From Chloroflexota bacterium (GTDB lineage Bacteria > Chloroflexota > Limnocylindria > Limnocylindrales > CSP1-4), in NCBI GenBank assembly GCA_046045415.1, contig JBJOLT010000015.1, forward strand, positions 5,988 through 69,987: DNA of 64,000 nucleotides. The letters are read 5' to 3'. This document shows positions 60,203 through 64,000 of the stretch, piece after piece. The notes under the pieces were generated by a model. That model saw only the letters and a list, made by a program, of their open reading frames with translations, made no database searches and was not told where the DNA came from. Every line of letters begins with the position of its first letter. Positions within the stretch are counted from its first letter, which is position 1. Position numbers and translations under genes: made by a program.

Positions 60203-60885
60203 CCGCCGACCCGCTCCCCTGCCGACCGGCGGGTGGGGTGGCGGCGGCGACCGGATCCCTCGCCGGGCTGCTCGTGCTCGGTCGCCATCGTCGCGACGAG
60301 GCGGTGGAAACGGGTCTCCCCCGCGAGCTCCGGATGGAAGGCGGTCGCGATGACGTTCCGCTCGCGGACGGCGACGATCCGGCCGTCCTCGAGCCGGGCG
60401 AGGACGTCGACGCCGGGCCCGACCCGCTCGATGACCGGCGCGCGGATGAAGACCGCCCGGACCGGCTGGTCGCCGAGGACGGGGACGGGAAGGTCCGCCT
60501 CGAACGAGTCGAGCTGGCGGCCGAACGCGTTCCGCGCGACCGTGACGTCGAGGAGGGGGAAGACCGGCTCGTCCCCGCCCGAGATCTCCTTCGCGAGGAT
60601 GATCATCCCGGCGCACGTCCCGAAGATCGGCGCGCCGCGGGCCGCGAGCTCGAGCACCGGCTCCCGGAGCCCCCATCGATCGATCAGCTTCCGCATCGTC
60701 GTGCTCTCGCCGCCGGGGAGGATCAGGCCGCTCACCCCGGCGAGGTCGCGGGGAAGGCGCACCTCGACCGCCTCGACGCCGATCCGGCGGAGGAGCTGGA
60801 CGTGCTCGATGAACGCCCCCTGGAGGGCAAGGACCCCGATCCTCACGAGAGGGGTGCCGCCGCGCGGATCGCTCGCACCGGCCAC
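60199..60885 (-). CDS. pdxT: Pyridoxal 5'-phosphate synthase glutaminase subunit
   Basis: GATase triad GTCAG...HPE. Confidence 0.9.
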   Translation of the reverse strand: MAGASDPRGGTPLVRIGVLALQGAFIEHVQLLRRIGVEAVEVRLPRDLAGVSGLILPGGESTTMRKLIDRWGLREPVLELAARGAPIFGTCAGMIILAKEISGGDEPVFPLLDVTVARNAFGRQLDSFEADLPVPVLGDQPVRAVFIRAPVIERVGPGVDVLARLEDGRIVAVRERNVIATAFHPELAGETRFHRLVATMATEHEQPGEGSGRRRHPTRRSAGERVGG

Positions 60886-60898
60886 CCGAGCCGGCCCA

Positions 60899-61783
60899 CT
60901 ACCAGCCGCGGACCGCCAGGCGCTCGTGCTCCGGGATCGCCTCGAGGGCGATCCCTCGCATCGCCCCGCCGAGCCCCTTCGAGACGTCGGCGATGATCGC
61001 CGGGTCCTCGAAGTGCGTCGTCGCCTGGACGATCGCGTTCGCCATCCTCGCCGGCGACTCGCTCTTGAAGATCCCCGAGCCGACGAACACCCCCTCGGCC
61101 CCGAGGTGCATCGCGAGCGCGGCGTCCGCCGGGGTCGCGATCCCGCCGGCGACGAAGTTCACCACCGGGAGCTTCCCCGCACGGGCGACCTCGCGGACGA
61201 GGTCGAGCGGCGCCTGCAGCTCCTTCGCCGCGACGAAGAGCTCGTCGTCGCGCATCGACGCGAGCCGGCGGATCTCGGCGTTCACGGTCCGGATGTGGCG
61301 GACGGCCTCGACGATGTTCCCGGTCCCCGCCTCGCCCTTCGTCCGCATCATCGCGGCGCCCTCGCTGATCCGGCGGAGGGCCTCGCCGAGGTTCCGCGAG
61401 CCGCAGACGAACGGGACCTTGAAGGCGTGCTTGTCGATGTGGTTCGACTCGTCGGCGGGGGTGAGGACCTCCGACTCGTCGATGTAGTCGACGCCGAGCG
61501 CCTCGAGGACCTGCGCCTCGACGATGTGGCCGATCCGGGCCTTCGCCATGACCGGGATCGTCACGGCGTCCATGATCCCGACGATCATCTCGGGGTCGCT
61601 CATCCGGGCGACGCCGCCCGAGGCGCGGATGTCGGAGGGGACGCGCTCGAGCGCCATGACGGCGACGGCGCCGGCGTCCTCCGCGATCTTCGCCTCGTCG
61701 GGGGTGACGACGTCCATGATGACGCCGCCCTTGAGCATCTGCGCGAGGCCCGTCTTGGTCGCCCAGGTGGAGGTCTCGGTCAT
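60899..61783 (-). CDS. pdxS: Pyridoxal 5'-phosphate synthase lyase subunit
   Basis: 294 aa, highly conserved PdxS ([27 protein letters not shown]). Confidence 0.9.
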   Translation of the reverse strand: MTETSTWATKTGLAQMLKGGVIMDVVTPDEAKIAEDAGAVAVMALERVPSDIRASGGVARMSDPEMIVGIMDAVTIPVMAKARIGHIVEAQVLEALGVDYIDESEVLTPADESNHIDKHAFKVPFVCGSRNLGEALRRISEGAAMMRTKGEAGTGNIVEAVRHIRTVNAEIRRLASMRDDELFVAAKELQAPLDLVREVARAGKLPVVNFVAGGIATPADAALAMHLGAEGVFVGSGIFKSESPARMANAIVQATTHFEDPAIIADVSKGLGGAMRGIALEAIPEHERLAVRGW

Positions 61784-61907
61784 GATCGGATCGGTCCTTC
61801 AGCGGTGGTGGTCGCGCCGAACGCCGCCGGGACGGCCCCGGCCCCGCGTCCGCACCTGATCATTCGCGGCCACCGCCTCCGCGGATTATCGCACGCGTGG
61901 TCGAACG

Positions 61908-61936
61908 GCCCGGCGACCGTCCGGTCCGGTCGCCGG
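61908..61936 (-). terminator. 11-bp stem hairpin (CCCGGCGACCG-tccggtc-CGGTCGCCGGG) immediately after the VOC gene stop
   Basis: Seen directly in the sequence. It lies between the VOC gene and the pdxS promoter region. Confidence 0.35.
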
Positions 61937-61938
61937 GC

Positions 61939-62727
61939 TCATCGCCCCCCGCCGAGGACGAGCCAGCGGCAGCCGAGGAGCTCCGCGCACCGGAGCTCGC
62001 CCGCGGGCGTCCCGGCGACCCGGAGGACGACCGTCGCGACCGGCGGATCCCCCGGCGGCCGCGTCGGCACGAGGCGGAGCGTCGCGGCGCCGATCGCCGC
62101 GTCACGGGCGCCGCGACCGGCGAGCGACGGCCGGAACGGCCCGATCCCCGCGCCGACGAGGAGACGCATCCCGATCCGGTGGGTCTCGGCGACCGGGAGC
62201 TCGAGCCGCTCGAGCCTCACGGGTCCGCCGATCGGATGGGCCTCGGCCGCCCGCGCCGCCCGCTCCGCGGGCGTCCATTCGGCCGCGGCGCCGTCGTGCT
62301 CGATGAGGAACGGGGGTTCGAGGGGGCCGAGGCGGGACGCGGCGGCGAGCCGCCAGCGGACGACCCGGCCGTCCGGCCGCGTCCGCTCCCCGTCCAGCGG
62401 CCCGGCGAGGTCGGCGCCGCCGGCCCGCAGCCGGTCGACCTCGACGTCGAGCCGCTCGGTCGCCACGGCCCACGTCGCGAGCCCGCCGCCCGCCGCGAGC
62501 GTCCGGACGGTCGGCGCCCCGACCCAGGAGGCGGCGGCGAGCGTCGGGTCGCGCACCCCGATCAGCTCGAGGTAGGTGTCGCCGAGCCAGACGAGCCGGT
62601 TGAAGGTCCCGAGCCGCGCATGGTCGCCACCGCCGGTCGCCCGGAGGCCGAGCTCGCGCTCGAGGAGCGCCGCCGCGCCGTCGGGGTCGGCGACGGCGAT
62701 GACGAGGTGGTCGATCCGGGTCGGCAC
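61939..62727 (-). CDS. VOC (glyoxalase/bleomycin-resistance/dioxygenase) family protein, two-domain
   Basis: IDHLVIAVADPD... motif. A GTG start was chosen; the upstream ORF extension is R-rich. Confidence 0.6.
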   Translation of the reverse strand: MPTRIDHLVIAVADPDGAAALLERELGLRATGGGDHARLGTFNRLVWLGDTYLELIGVRDPTLAAASWVGAPTVRTLAAGGGLATWAVATERLDVEVDRLRAGGADLAGPLDGERTRPDGRVVRWRLAAASRLGPLEPPFLIEHDGAAAEWTPAERAARAAEAHPIGGPVRLERLELPVAETHRIGMRLLVGAGIGPFRPSLAGRGARDAAIGAATLRLVPTRPPGDPPVATVVLRVAGTPAGELRCAELLGCRWLVLGGGR

Positions 62728-62783
62728 GTGCGCAGCGTAGCGCCGCGACGACGCGCCCCCGGGGCGGTACCCTCTCGTGGCGC

Positions 62784-62975
62784 ATGGAGGGTCCGATGAC
62801 GAGCGACTACGCGACGACGCGCGAGCGGCTCCTAGCTGAGCACGCCGAGGCGCGGCGCCGCCGCGACGCGGCGGAGCACGGGAGCGACGCCCACCGAAAG
62901 GCGATCGCCGAGGTCGGCCGGATCGAGGTCGAGCTCGCGCGACTCGCGAGGGACCAGGACCCGCCGCTCGTCTGA
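62784..62975 (+). CDS. Hypothetical small protein (63 aa)
   Basis: Charged, helical composition in an intergenic gap. Confidence 0.3.
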   Translation: MEGPMTSDYATTRERLLAEHAEARRRRDAAEHGSDAHRKAIAEVGRIEVELARLARDQDPPLV

Positions 62976-63050
62976 CGCGGCGCGATCCGCGAGCTGCCCG
63001 GTCCGTGGTCCGCACGGACCGCGACCCGGACCCCTGCTAGCATCGCGGCG

Positions 63051-63566
63051 ATGGATGGGGTCGTCCTCGTGCTCAACCAGAACTACGAGCCGCTGAACGT
63101 CTGCAACCTGCCTCGCGCGTTCCGGCTCGTCTTCGGGTCGAAGGCCGAGGTGATCGAGTACGACCACCAGGTGATCCGGACGCCACGGGAGAGCTACCGC
63201 GCCCCGTCGGTGATCCGGCTCCAGCACCAGGTCCGCCGGCCGCGGCCCCGGGTGAAGCTCTCGCGCCGGGAGGTCTTCAATCGCGACCGGCACACCTGCC
63301 AGTACTGCGGGCGGCAGGCGAACGACCTGACGCTCGACCACGTGGTCCCGCGCCGCCATGGCGGCGGCCACTCGTGGGAGAACCTCGTCGCCGCCTGCAA
63401 GGCGTGCAACCACCGCAAGGGCTCCCGGACCCCGGAGGAGGCGCATCTCAGGCTCGTCCGCCCGCCGTTCGAGCCGCGGAGCGACGTCTACTCGCTCTTC
63501 ACCCCCTACCTGGACGACGCGCGGAACGAGGCCTGGCGCGGCTACCTCTTCCTCGGTCGGAGCTGA
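63051..63566 (+). CDS. HNH endonuclease (conserved actinobacterial ~170-aa type)
   Basis: CQYCG...LDHVVPRRHGG...NLVAACKACNHRKG. Confidence 0.8.
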   Translation: MDGVVLVLNQNYEPLNVCNLPRAFRLVFGSKAEVIEYDHQVIRTPRESYRAPSVIRLQHQVRRPRPRVKLSRREVFNRDRHTCQYCGRQANDLTLDHVVPRRHGGGHSWENLVAACKACNHRKGSRTPEEAHLRLVRPPFEPRSDVYSLFTPYLDDARNEAWRGYLFLGRS

Positions 63567-63609
63567 GGCGATCGGCGCGCCGGTCGCCCCGCCCGCGCTC
63601 CCCCCGGCG

Positions 63610-64000
63610 GTGGGGGCGCTCCTCGACGAGCTGGTGGACGCCGGTCACGCGGCCTTCGTCGTCGGCGGGTCCCTCCGCGACGCGCTCCTCGGCCGACCGG
63701 CGGAAGACTGGGATCTCGCGACGGACGCACGGCCGGAGCGGCTCCTCGAGCTCCACCCCGAGGCGCTCTACAAGAACCGCTTCGGGACGGTGATCGTCCG
63801 GCGCGACGAGGTCGCGTACGAGATCACGACGTTCCGGAGCGACCACGAGTACACGGACTTCCGCCGGCCGGGGCGGGTCGAGTTCGGGTCGTCGATCGAG
63901 GAGGACCTCGCTCGCCGGGACTTCACGGTGAACGCGATGGCGTGGGGGCGCCGACCCGGCGAGGCCGCCCCCGCGTACGTCGACCCGTACGGCGGCCGTG
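63610..64000 (+). CDS. cca: CCA-adding tRNA nucleotidyltransferase/poly(A) polymerase family, 5' part (continues past window)
   Basis: Nucleotidyltransferase head motif VVGGSLRDALLGRPAEDWDLAT. A GTG start was chosen. Confidence 0.65.
   Translation, partial: MGALLDELVDAGHAAFVVGGSLRDALLGRPAEDWDLATDARPERLLELHPEALYKNRFGTVIVRRDEVAYEITTFRSDHEYTDFRRPGRVEFGSSIEEDLARRDFTVNAMAWGRRPGEAAPAYVDPYGGR

Overview
High-GC (~73-75%) chromosomal window, most likely core genome of a deep-branching Actinobacterium (the family content fits Thermoleophilia/Rubrobacteria-like organisms). At this GC the six-frame track is dominated by long spurious R/G/D/E/P-rich ORFs, so genes were called only where the protein resembles a known family or has membrane-like, non-R-rich composition. 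Genes are mostly on the minus strand in tightly coupled operons, with many ATGA/GTGA/CTAG start-stop overlaps.

Main content, in order:
- A partial cation/proton antiporter.
- A heliorhodopsin.
- A partial inositol-type catabolic cluster: tal-iolB-iolD, a ribose/inositol-type ABC importer, and iolE.
- An EamA transporter and an orphan PTS enzyme I.
- ogt, tRNA-Pro(UGG) and a DedA protein.
- A nucleotide 'house-cleaning' trio, mazG-rph-rdgB.
- A SurA/PrsA-like PPIase.
- A roughly 15-kb cell-envelope glycan locus: a UDP-sugar dehydrogenase, a GT4 glycosyltransferase, a Wzm/Wzt ABC-2 exporter, three tandem paralogous GT-B glycosyltransferases, a complete WbpA/B/E/D/I-like set for UDP-2,3-diacetamido-2,3-dideoxy-mannuronate, and a Ppm1-like GT2.
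- A large secreted FlgD-Ig protein directly after mreB-mreC, with no mreD/pbp2/rodA.
- radC, a CPBP protease, zinc-ribbon membrane proteins and a UPF0182 protein.
- guaA, a truncated haemoglobin and guaB3.
- A NUDIX-darA (c-di-AMP receptor) operon separated from tmk by a convergent GAF-GPDEF degenerate diguanylate-cyclase gene.
- tldD-pmbA, an F420-dependent Fgd-like oxidoreductase, a DCC thiol oxidoreductase, and a SpoIIIAA-like AAA+ ATPase with an RGG linker and an R3H-like C-terminus.
- pdxST, a VOC protein, an HNH endonuclease and the start of cca.

No CRISPR array, rRNA, integrase or transposase, and no obvious prophage.

The most notable candidates are the glycan locus with the triplicated glycosyltransferase, the heliorhodopsin, the darA/GPDEF/tmk arrangement, and the caspase-like FlgD-Ig protein that replaces the usual mreD-pbp2-rodA genes.
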